A DNA stretch of 61,990 bases, the filler included. It is 14 parts of 14 records of this genome, joined end to end, with 100 filler letters (N's around TTAATTAATTAA, not from the genome) between each part and the next. Parts side by side here need not be neighbours in the genome. Positions count along the whole stretch, not along the records: positions 23,468 to 34,032 come from SRR15195285_7945; positions 34,133 to 38,118 come from SRR15195285_7951; 12 more parts are not named here. The stretch is one strand, 5' to 3'. A program made the position numbers and the translations under genes. A model generated the notes under the pieces. That model was not told the DNA's origin and ran no database searches. It saw nothing but the letters and a program-made list of their open reading frames with translations. Shown here in pieces: positions 27,105-37,078 of this stretch. The number at the start of each line of letters is the position of its first letter. The stretch's first letter is position 1.

Positions 27105-28187
27105 ATGGCGGCGGCGGTCGAACGGATGGATCAGCCGCTCCGCACCAAGCGCCAGGTGCTTGACCATCAAATTCTGACGAGCTTCCTGGAGGGCAGCAGC
27201 TGGGAGGAAGCTTTTGAGATGTTCTTCTTGAAGCACGCGGAGCTCTTTGCGGGCTTCAGCGTCGGCTCTGAGTACAGTCTGCAGCAAACGGAGGTCCACA
27301 TGAAGTTCCTATCGAGCGCGGAAGCGCTGCTGGACGGGCAGCTCGCTGAGATGGCCGTCACTCCTCACAGCTTTCTAGCCCAGTTGATGGCTGACGCGGC
27401 GACGAGCGAGCCGGCCGCAGCAGCAATGCGCTACTTGGAGGCGTGTATCGACTTCGAGCAATTCGGCACTATGATGCGCCAGCGAAGTGAACGCATCTCG
27501 TCGCAGATCCAAGAGCTGGAGCAGTCCAACGAGCGCCTGCAAAATGACGTTGAAGCGGCCAAGGCAGCGCACGCAAAGCTGCAGCAGCAAGAGGCGGAGG
27601 AGGAGGCCGAGCTCATCCGGGAGCAGCAGGCAATCCGCGACGCGAGAGAAAGGCGACGCCGTGCGCGTGAGGACGCTATGCACCGTGTGGCCGCAGCTGC
27701 ATCCAGCTCAGACAGTCTCGAGCCGGAGCCAGACCTACAGCCGGGGTCAGTAGCCGATGACTTGCCCGGCTCATGGCAGTCGCATCCGGCTCGGATAGTC
27801 GGTCCAATCTTACCCCAGAACGGCTGGGAGATAGGCAATGTTGAGCACGGAGTTGTTTCGTACTGGGACGCTCGCCGTGGGTGGGGCAAGATTCAACGGA
27901 CGGTGGCGCCTGCAACCGATCAATATAGCAACGACGACCCAACACCAAGCTCAGCCACAAGAATTGGAAAGGACGAAATCTTCGTACACAATTTGCAGCT
28001 CCCGATGGATGCACCGAAACGGTGGCTCAGGCGAGGCGAGATGGTACAGTTTACTGTGGGGCTGACAGTGGTTCCCAGAGGCCCGCAGGCATGCGGGGTC
28101 GTCGGGCTGTCGGCAGGCGCAGATGGGGACGCAGGAATGCGCGTGTCATTGCTCTGCCAAACGCAGCTGCCGAGAACAAGTAGATAA
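27105..28187 (+). CDS. BART (ARL2-binding/CFAP36-like) domain + coiled coil + cold-shock domain protein
   Basis: WEEAFEMFFLKHAELF..EYSLQQTEVHMKF..IDFEQFGTMM (BART-like). GVVSYWDARRGWGKI..EIFVH..LRRGEMVQF..GPQA (CSD RNP1/RNP2-like). The upstream part of the track ORF is probably non-coding. Confidence 0.75.
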   Translation: MAAAVERMDQPLRTKRQVLDHQILTSFLEGSSWEEAFEMFFLKHAELFAGFSVGSEYSLQQTEVHMKFLSSAEALLDGQLAEMAVTPHSFLAQLMADAATSEPAAAAMRYLEACIDFEQFGTMMRQRSERISSQIQELEQSNERLQNDVEAAKAAHAKLQQQEAEEEAELIREQQAIRDARERRRRAREDAMHRVAAAASSSDSLEPEPDLQPGSVADDLPGSWQSHPARIVGPILPQNGWEIGNVEHGVVSYWDARRGWGKIQRTVAPATDQYSNDDPTPSSATRIGKDEIFVHNLQLPMDAPKRWLRRGEMVQFTVGLTVVPRGPQACGVVGLSAGADGDAGMRVSLLCQTQLPRTSR

Positions 28188-28310
28188 AGCCTCTGGTTCG
28201 CCGCATATGTCGAGCGCCGCACACAACTGAATCACTGAATTAACTCAATATATTGTCATAATTACGTTTGCTTTCCACGAATCCTACTCTCCACGTTACA
28301 TCTCGGCCCA

Positions 28311-29657
28311 TTAGGACTGTCTAAGCGCATCGGCTGAACTCTTTGCCCGAACTGTGGCATCTGGCGCGTTGAAAGAATCTAGCACATTGCGCGTAGCTTC
28401 AAATGTGCCGTACCCAATCGAGATGGCTGGTAAGCTCTTCATCAGGCTTGGTACCTGCCCCCGGTACAGACCACGTATGCCTTCATGCTGCCAGATCTGC
28501 AGAAGCGCATCAACTGCGCCGTTGTATCGATATTGGCCTAGAGCGGAACCTCGACCAAGGTCTCCGCTCACCATGTTCTGCGTGATAAGGCGTGTGCGCA
28601 CGACGGTCAGAGGATAGCCAATCAGCCCTCCTGCAAGAGCAGCTGAAGCCCCGATAAGCAGCGACACCGACACTGGCAACTGCACAGGCTTCGCGCTAGC
28701 TGTCTCGGGAACTTCGTGTGGCTGCAGCAGACTATGCCGCCGCCGTCGATTCTCCTGCTCCCATGCGATGTACTGCTCCTTGAGCGTGTTGAACACAGCG
28801 AGGTCCACGCCAGCCACAGGCATAATGCTCGCCAGCGCAGGCCCAAGCCCCCGATACAGCCCCCGCATGCCGTCTCCTGCGATAGTTTTCCCAAGACACT
28901 GCCCGACACTGGTGTAGACACCGCACTCGGCAACAGCCATTCGCGTCTTGGCAACGTCTAGTGGATAAACAACCGCTTGAGCGACGCCACCGGAGAGCGA
29001 ACCACATATGAACTTCTCGACTGGCATCATAGCGGGCTGCGAGTCATCGCCATGAATACGAAGCACGGAGTACTTCAGCTGCTCGTAGACACCGAACCGA
29101 ATGGCAGACTCTGGAGCAACCTTTAGGACGTTGGCCAGATTACCACGCCAGAACGCGCGAATACCAGCTTCTGACATCACCTCCTTGCAGCACTGGCGCA
29201 TGTTGTAGCTCTGGTCACTGCGAGTTTGCAAACGCATCTTGACTAAATTCAGCGGCGCGGTGACTGACCGGCTGACCACACCCGCACAGCCGCCAGCCAC
29301 AAACACCGCCAGTCCAGAGGAGGCACGCTGGCCGAAATACTGGGAGAAGGCGCTGGTGGCCTGCGAGCGATGCTCTGCGCGGAGAGTTGCAGAGCGCTGC
29401 TTGTCGTACTTCTTGCTGATCTTATCCAGCGCAGTCCGATTCATAGCGACGTACTCAGGGTCCTGGCGCAGTGTATCTGGCTCGACAGCCAATCGATCGA
29501 GTACAACCTGCATCTGCTCGGCGTACATGCGCTGGAACTCATCCTGGCTCACGCCGCCTGCGATGCTCTTCTTCATCGCCTTGTAGTCGACGTAGTGTTC
29601 CGCCGGCACTGGAGAGCGGCTGGCATGATCGCTCAGCGTACTGCCAAACTTCACCAT
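28311..29657 (-). CDS. Mitochondrial carrier (SLC25, ATP-Mg/Pi carrier SCaMC/APC-like) with an N-terminal compact SPX domain
   Basis: N-terminus MVKFG..YVDYKAMKK..MNRTALDKISKKYDK. Three carrier repeats PLNLVKMRLQ, PLDVAKTRMA and PLTVVRTRLI, plus FWRGNLANVLKVAPESAIRF and IMPVAGVDLAVFNTLK. Single exon. Confidence 0.9.
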   Translation of the reverse strand: MVKFGSTLSDHASRSPVPAEHYVDYKAMKKSIAGGVSQDEFQRMYAEQMQVVLDRLAVEPDTLRQDPEYVAMNRTALDKISKKYDKQRSATLRAEHRSQATSAFSQYFGQRASSGLAVFVAGGCAGVVSRSVTAPLNLVKMRLQTRSDQSYNMRQCCKEVMSEAGIRAFWRGNLANVLKVAPESAIRFGVYEQLKYSVLRIHGDDSQPAMMPVEKFICGSLSGGVAQAVVYPLDVAKTRMAVAECGVYTSVGQCLGKTIAGDGMRGLYRGLGPALASIMPVAGVDLAVFNTLKEQYIAWEQENRRRRHSLLQPHEVPETASAKPVQLPVSVSLLIGASAALAGGLIGYPLTVVRTRLITQNMVSGDLGRGSALGQYRYNGAVDALLQIWQHEGIRGLYRGQVPSLMKSLPAISIGYGTFEATRNVLDSFNAPDATVRAKSSADALRQS

Positions 29658-30154
29658 CGCGAAATGTGTGTGCACAGCTCCTCGACGACCTCCTGAGGGG
29701 CGATCAGCTCATCCCCTCACGACCTGCCGATCCTCCCACGGCGTTGCATTGTCGCCCTTCTGTCCGTTCCCTCGCGGGCCAATGCCACCACAGCACGTCC
29801 GCTTACCGGGCGACCCCACGCGCAGTGCGCCTCCATCCACGCATCCGCCCCCCGCCGGAACCCGGGACGGAGCAGAGGTCCGCCGGACCGAAAATGCGTG
29901 AATTCGACGAATTTCGAGTGCACCTAGCACGTCGCAGGCGTCGGAAGGTATTGTGATAATCGCCAAAGTCCTTACAGAGGGTGCGCGCACTCGAACGTCG
30001 CGGCGATCTTGATCAGTCAGGATTCAATGCAGTTGCAGATGAGATTGCGCTTGTTTCCGGGTGCAGCCCGATGCAATCGCGCGCGCATGCACCGGCGCGC
30101 GGCGCGATCACGCGCGTCATGCAGGTATCCATCCGCGGCTAGCTAGCGGCCTGC

Positions 30155-31837
30155 ATGTGGCTACAATCATCTTGTACTAGCGGAAAATACAGTATGTTGA
30201 GCGGTATGCTCGCGCTGGCACTCCTCGCCACAAATCCTGCTGGCGGGAATGCCGACAGCCCGGGATCAGTCGCAACGATGCGGGCAGAGGCGGCGCTTGA
30301 CGCCCTCCTGTCAAATTTTTGGTCGGCCCAGCAGCAGTATCTGCTGCGCTGCGTTGCGAACGCCAGCGATGTAGACACTGGCGGTGATTCCAAGTGCAGC
30401 GAGCTCGGACATACCTCTCCGCTCCCGCCGCTGCCACCGCTTCAGTGCGACCACAAGTCTGACTGCTGCGTGGGTCTGCCTGAGAAGGAGAGGGAGCAGT
30501 GTGCGACGCGGGAGGGCTGTGCTGCGCGTCACTGTTGCTGGGACGACAGCCATGGACCGAAGAACTTCTGCTCACCACCACCCAAGGTGGAACGAAAGCT
30601 AACGGGCTATTGGAACTACCAAGAAGCCCTACACGCTGTTGCCCTCGGCGCTGCCTTCGATTCGACGAAATACGGAACGTGGGTGCGTCGGCTAGTGGAC
30701 GCGCAGTTCAAGCAAGGGACAGGGTGGAGCGTGGACTATTATGATGATATGAATTGGGCGGTTCTCGCCCTCCTGGCCGCGCACGACGTTGGTCTGGACG
30801 ACGCACGAGACTACCTTGATCTCGCGCGCACGGTATTTGGGTACGTGGGCGCCGCGTGGGACGACAGCATCTGCGGTGGCGGTGTTTGGTGGGACAAGCG
30901 CCACACTCAGAAGGCGACAGCGTCGAATGCTGGCGCCGCGCTCTCCGCAGCGCTGCTCTTCAACGCCACAGGCAACGTCACCTACCTCGCGTGGGGACGG
31001 CGTGTCTACCATTTCTGGAATGCGACGATGACTGATCCGCAGACAGGTGCCGTCACAGATCACTACAACACGGATAGCACCCCCCCTTCGCCTCCACCGG
31101 TACATCACAATTGTTCACACCTGGAAGATTGTTGTGGTACTCTCCCACGGGGGTCGCCAGCCTACACAGAGTGCACGACGCCGAACGGATGCGAGTCCAG
31201 AGGCTGCTGCTGGGACGAGAATTCTCCCCCGCACAACTGGTGTAGTGGCAAGCCCAACTCCTCTGCACCAAGTCCGCGTCTCCGTGGCAGCGAGTCGTGC
31301 ACACTCAATCATGCGAGCTGGACGTACAACGAAGGATTAATGCTTGGCGCGGCGACGACGCTGGCAGCGGCAATAGCCAAAAGCTACGGTGGCAGATCTA
31401 GTACGTCAGATGTGTTGCAGCTTCAATACGCTGCTGATGCCGCTAGATTTGCGACCCACTTAGTCTCTTCACAAACGGAACTTAAGAACGGACGAGTGTT
31501 GGTCGACAGCTGCGACTGGGGTGAAACACCGTGCCACGACTGCTCGCAGTTTAAAGGCATCGCTTATCGCGAACTGGCCCGTTGGCTGCGGAGCCCTTTG
31601 GGTTCAGATGGACTCGGTGACGATCGCACCGAGCACCTGGAACTGAAGCAATCAGTTCGCAGACTCCTCAATGACAGCGCAGCATTGGTATGGGAGGGAA
31701 GACAAGAAGGGACGGCGTGGGATGGCCCGCTGTTCGCCACTGGGTGGGCGCTCGGTTCAAGGAAGAGCTGCCCTCCCAGCCTGCCATCCCAGGCCTCTGC
31801 AACCCACGCGCTCCTGGGACATGCGGCACTGCTGTAG
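30155..31837 (+). CDS. Secreted glycoside hydrolase family 76 (alpha-1,6-mannanase-like) with two Cys-rich trefoil-like inserts
   Basis: Signal peptide, YYDDMNWAVLALL (catalytic DD), CGGGVWW, KATASNAG, WTYNEGLMLG, QFKGIAYR. Confidence 0.85.
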   Translation: MWLQSSCTSGKYSMLSGMLALALLATNPAGGNADSPGSVATMRAEAALDALLSNFWSAQQQYLLRCVANASDVDTGGDSKCSELGHTSPLPPLPPLQCDHKSDCCVGLPEKEREQCATREGCAARHCCWDDSHGPKNFCSPPPKVERKLTGYWNYQEALHAVALGAAFDSTKYGTWVRRLVDAQFKQGTGWSVDYYDDMNWAVLALLAAHDVGLDDARDYLDLARTVFGYVGAAWDDSICGGGVWWDKRHTQKATASNAGAALSAALLFNATGNVTYLAWGRRVYHFWNATMTDPQTGAVTDHYNTDSTPPSPPPVHHNCSHLEDCCGTLPRGSPAYTECTTPNGCESRGCCWDENSPPHNWCSGKPNSSAPSPRLRGSESCTLNHASWTYNEGLMLGAATTLAAAIAKSYGGRSSTSDVLQLQYAADAARFATHLVSSQTELKNGRVLVDSCDWGETPCHDCSQFKGIAYRELARWLRSPLGSDGLGDDRTEHLELKQSVRRLLNDSAALVWEGRQEGTAWDGPLFATGWALGSRKSCPPSLPSQASATHALLGHAALL

Positions 31838-31881
31838 TGTGTGCAACAGTGTAAGGAACATTTATCGTTCGCTCAAGACCA

Positions 31882-31921
31882 ACTGACGCCGGGCATAAGG
31901 CGCCTTATGTCCGGCGTCAGT
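31882..31921. repeat. 40-bp near-perfect palindrome between convergent genes
   Basis: ACTGACGCCGGGCATAAGGC|GCCTTATGTCCGGCGTCAGT: 19 of 20 pairs are Watson-Crick, with one G-T. Confidence 0.9.
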
Positions 31922-32057
31922 GGTAGTGGTAGTCTTACTTTAGGTAGCGCGCGTGGCGTGGAGTGAAGGCAACTGAGTGAGTGTGAGTCGAATCTTGATG
32001 TCTGGTAGCCATTTTCATTTGCCCTCGTGTTGTGGTCGTGGGGGGCTTGTCTGCCAC

Positions 32058-34032
32058 TCAAAGTGCCGTGATGGGCCCTTCTGAGGGAACCTCAGGGGGA
32101 GGTCCGGTTGGCTCACCTCCATTTGACGCCAGCGAGGGTGCGCTTGGCTCATTAAGATCGATCTTGTCCGAATGGCCGGCCAACCCGTCGCCCGACGTGA
32201 GCCCTTCCCCGAGTGCCCCTGCCGCAACGCCGGCGCCACTTCGAGTGTCGCCCTTTACGAAGACTTGGTAGGCTGGAATGCCAATGATCAGCAACACCGG
32301 CAGTATCAAAAACGTTTCTGGTAGCGCGTACCTGAAACCAAGACAAGATAAGGCAGGAAACGCAAGCCAACGTGCACAGTGAGAAGATAGTGCAGCCACT
32401 CAGCAGCTAGACACACAGAGAGTCATTATCTAAAATTATCGGTAAAGATATCTCTGCCGGTGCAATGCTGCCCAGCAGTCTGCGATCGACGTACGCGTTC
32501 ATGATCGGCTGAGCGATTGTGACGAATCCAATAGGTGGCATGAGAAGCAAAAGCATCGGCCAACCGCTGAAGTCCCACTCGGCACTGCCGCCTCCTGCCT
32601 TGCCGTGCCCATTCATGGCTGCAATATCATCGCTCGAATAATCTTTTGCAGTATCTTCGTCTTCGTCCGCCAGCTCAGCATCTATCCTCGCCACCACATC
32701 CTTTGGGTTCTCATCCGGCACCTGTAGTACAAACCGAGACAGTCAGAAGCCGGTTGAATGGTCAGTCGGGTGCCCGGCTTAAAGGGAGCAGAGGCGCTCA
32801 GCGACTTTTTCGCGACACGCACCAGCCAAAGGAAAAGGATCGGCGAGAGCTTGAAGAGGACGCCTGAGTTGCACACAATCATGCAGGAATCGGTTCAGCA
32901 CCGTCCACAGGCTATCTGATCACCTGCATATCTGCATGTAGAAACCCATGCAGGTTCGGTGACGCATGCAGCAGCTGCAAGAGTATAGGGACAGCACGGA
33001 ACACCCGCAGTGCAAAGCAGTTTCTTACGAAGAGCTTGGGCGGTCTCCAGCCCGGCGTAGTCGAGGGTAGTGATGCCGAGGGTAGCAGTGAACCAGCTTC
33101 CAAAATTGCCCGCGTAGGAGTTGCCCATGTTGGACATACCTGCAAGTGACATTGCGACCGCAACGGAGCATACAACCAGTTTTGTTTTGAATGATTAGCA
33201 TCTGGGCGAAGAGCGCGGCATTTCCAGGTCGGGTACTAAACACGGCAGAGGCCTAGGTTGGCCTGTATTGTACATAGGCGAGTGTTGAAATCTACTGTGG
33301 TAGATATGTGATTGAGCACACCCATGATGAACGCGAAGAGAGTGCCTTCGATAGAGTCAGGGCAAATCTGTGCCGCCAAGACGAGCATCGGCATGAGCTT
33401 GATCTGCAGCATAACATCTTGCGCAGCCTCACCAAAGGCCGCGAACATCTCGGGCGGAAATCCTAGAATCAGAATGATTGCAATTCAACATTGTGGTGTC
33501 AAGTTTAGGTTGGGCGGTAGAATGCTTGTTCGATTGAAAAAGGCACGCATTGGATGACGAAGTACCGAGAACTGATCTGTCGACAGCGTTGATGCTCGAG
33601 ACGAAGAGGTAGTCGACTACGCTGAAGAGAGTAAGCAAAATCTGTGCGGTGAATAGCAGCTTGCGGTATGGAGTCCCTTTGAAGTAGGCACCATAGAGGA
33701 CTGTGCCAATCCCAAGAGCGGCATAGGAGACGATGTTGATCTGGCCCATGAAATTGTCGGACAGCTTGGCGCAGCCACGCTTAGTCGAATCACAGCCGTT
33801 GCATGCCTGTGGGCAGTTGGCCCACGCTTCCGCGAGAATCGTGTTGGCACAGGACGACCCACTTCCACCGGGCACACCACAAACATCTGGTCTCTGGTTG
33901 TCAGGTACCGTAGCAGCGCATTCGACCGGGCAGAGCTCCTTCAACAACAGCGCGCCCACCGGGTCATCAGCGTCGATAGATGGGTCGATGTCGGCGACGT
34001 TGTAGTTGCAACGGACCGCAGTCGCCCGAATC
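32058..34032 (-). CDS. Folate-biopterin transporter (BT1/FBT, MFS) family protein, 5'-truncated, multi-exon
   Basis: FMGQINIV..LYGAYFKGTPYRKLL, IKLMPMLVLAAQICPDSIEGTLFAFIMG|MSNMG..LGIT..DY..L, LSPILFLWL|VPDE. Exons are joined by GT-AG introns, and there is an extra C-terminal hydrophobic segment. Confidence 0.82.
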
Positions 34033-34132
34033 NNNNNNNNNNNNNNNNNNNNNNNNNNNNNNNNNNNNNNNNNNNNTTAATTAATTAANNNNNNNNNNNN
34101 NNNNNNNNNNNNNNNNNNNNNNNNNNNNNNNN

Positions 34133-34162
34133 CCAGACGTGGCAAAGCGTTGGCATCTACCA
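34133..34162 (+). repeat. 30-bp inverted repeat, left copy (contig start)
   Basis: CCAGACGTGGCAAAGCGTTGGCATCTACCA is the exact reverse complement of 38089-38118. Confidence 0.95.
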
Positions 34163-34163
34163 G

Positions 34164-36970
34164 TGTTCGCGCGCATTTGCTTCAAGCCGTGCTCGATGGG
34201 TCAACGTCCACCAGTGGAGACAGAGAGATTGGTCGTTTGCTTCAAGCGACGCTGCTTGGCGCGCTGCTTGAGCCATGTTGCTTGGCACAAACAGATGACA
34301 CAGCAATGGATGACCTGGTGAGGAAGGTCGAAGAATGGGTCGTGGCAGCACCAACATTTGCTACGGCTAGCGCAGCCTTAGCCGTCGCAGTCGAGCTGAC
34401 TGCGTACAATACCAAGCTGATGGTGAAGCACATTACGAACTGGCTAAATGTGGACGAGGCGGCTGCCGTCGGATCAGCAGCTCAGGAGTTACTTGGTGAA
34501 TCCGCTTCGCAGGCACTCGCAGCCTCGTCATGCCGTATGCGACGGTGGGCGGTGCAGCTGATTGGGCGAGTCGCTTCGCCTAAGTCAGAGTTGAGATGTG
34601 GCTCCAGCGAGATCTTTACAAAAATTGCGAGCTGTCTCACAATTCCGTTGCTGCGTATCGTGTCGACGTGTTCAACGGGGAGCAGGGAAAGAGAGGAAAT
34701 CTTGGAAGTATTGCATCAATTGCCGGCAGCGGTTGTCATCCCAGCCATTCTGAATCAAGAGCATGTAACGCCTGGTCAAAGATGCGTGGAGCTCACTCGA
34801 TTCGTCCATGCTATAGCCTCGGCACACGGTGCTGCTGCCGTTGCTGATCTTTCATCTGACGCATTCAAGGAACTTGCGGCAGAGTGTGTGGCGAGCATAT
34901 TCGACGTCGCGCGCGGTTCAATCCAAGATTTCAATGGAACCCACAAACCAACCCCTCCAAATTCGCCGGCACAGTTGAAGAATCCTGGTCAAATTGGGCT
35001 GCCACAATCGATGGACAGCGCGACTACTGGAAAGGTGCAAGGCGGAGCAGAGGTCCGAAGTGCGAGCAGCGAGATCGTGGACCTAATTGCGACGAATCTA
35101 AATGGATGGTTGGTGATGCTATGTGGCAACAGCGCGCATGAACTGGTCGAAGGTCGGTCAGCTGCAAGATGGGTCAGGGTAATACAAATTGCTCTCGAGA
35201 AAACGTTTGCGTTGGCTTCTGATCAAATCTCTCTCAGATTGTTTGGAGCTGCACTCGTGGGTGAAGAGGGAACGGCCAATAAACCTGAGCTACCAGAAAA
35301 CGCCTACGACGCCATCTTGGAACGATGTAGGATTCAAATGCAGGGCCAACCAGCGCTTTCACTTGAATTGTTGGAGGAGGACGACAAGCAGCAGGCAGAC
35401 GCAGCGAAGCCGCAAATCGGCGCGAAGTACAAGGTGCTACTTCGTGCAACAGTTCGCGAAACAGTTGATACATCCTCCGCGCGACTACGAGCTCTGACTG
35501 TCGGAGATTTGGTTACTGTTGAAGAGCATGCTGTTCACGAAGCAACTGGCCAAACGCGCGTCCGCTTAAAAGAGACTGATGGAGGTTGGACGTCAATGGT
35601 GGCGCAAGACGGAAGGCAAATTCTTCAACGCGTAGGTAATGCAGCTGAAGACACACCGTCGCTTGTGCAGAGCCTACTTTTCGAACGTTTAAGACCTCTG
35701 TTGGTCTTGCGAATGATGCCAGCTGCCGTCATTGGCAACGATGGGACAACAACAAGTGCAATCGACGAAAGTGTGGTAGGACTCATCAGCGAAAGGTTAA
35801 CCCAACCACTTGAGTTTGACCAGGTCAGAAAGCTTGGTGCAGAAGTGTTTGGCCAGATAGTAGCATTGCCTGCTGTACTAGTGTCGTGCACAGCGGCGCT
35901 GGAAACGATGATTGCATCAGGTGGAGGAATCGTTTCCAGCGATCACGTGCTCGGCGCTAAGGCATGGGTCTATAGCATGTGCATATCAATTGGACTGTGG
36001 CGATCACGGAATAAAGTAGATGGTGAACATATCACGGCAGCGAGTGCCAGATCTACAGTTCAATGCCTACTACGGGTGCTGGAAACGGGCGCTCCGGTTC
36101 CACCGCCCGGCAGTGCAGACTTGACGGAAGAAGAAAAGTTGAGCCGCGGGTGCACGGATGCCATCGCAGGTTTGTCGTGTGCGCTGTGTGCGTCTGATAT
36201 GGCGATCGTCGGCAAAGCTGTCCTCGATGATTTCGTCAACCAGCTCTCGCGACCTGATACCGACAATAGCTCATGGGTTGCACGGGCAATTGCGGTTATG
36301 CAAGTGCTGAAGACAGTTAGCCTTATGTTCGTAAGCAGCGCGCCGGATCAAACAACCCGTGACGACAAGACATTAGCCGATAGTGGCGTGCAGATGGTAT
36401 TGATGCACGTAATTGGTCCGGTAATCGACCTGGCGAACATGGACATCGCCAACTCATCATCAGCAATCCAGGAGATCCCGCACAATCAGCCTGACCAAAC
36501 AGTGGCCTCCATGGACACTGAGAACGATCAACAACCATTGCTCTTGCGGCCAGCTGCGCTGCAGCTAGTATTCAGCATCGTTTTGCAGCTGAAGTCTGAC
36601 GCGCTCAAGGGTGAGATGCGAGCTCAAATTTTTGACGTTTGTGAGGCAGCGTGCTGCGCTGACGATGAGAACTGTCGACTACGCGGTGCCCAATTAGCAG
36701 GAGCAATCATGTAAGTACACTACTGATTTGCTGCGGTAGGACAATTCAGTTTCTTCTACAGTGACCTGTGATACCTGGTGCTGGCGGTTTCTGATAGTAG
36801 TTTTTTGTTGCAGCACGTGCCACGCGGGCGAAACGAAAGGTGATGACGTTGTGGACGTCAGGATGGTTGGGCTTGTAGTCATGTTGCAGAAGCTAGCGAC
36901 CGAGGACCCGAGCAGTGATGTCGCTAGAACCGCAACGCAGCTTGTGAACTTGGGGCTAGCTGATGCATGA
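34164..36970 (+). CDS. ARM/HEAT-repeat-like helical protein with an inserted SH3b-like domain; 5'-truncated
   Basis: Track ORF of 854 aa, then intron 36711-36813 and a last exon (..LQKLATEDPSSDVARTATQL). Leucine-rich helical blocks LLFERLRPLLVLRMMP and EFDQVRKLGAEVFG. Confidence 0.7.
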
Positions 36971-37078
36971 GTCAAAGGGTCCCAACGGCTAGCGGAACGG
37001 TGCACTCTCACATGGCAGCAATGCATACCGAGTTCTGCATGTTTGTGACTTGACGCTGTACCTAGCCGTGACTTGTGG

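Noticed and set aside
31888-31915. Similarity of the palindrome to enterobacterial REP elements
   Set aside because: The resemblance is superficial, the context is eukaryotic with introns, and there is no REP array or associated transposase.
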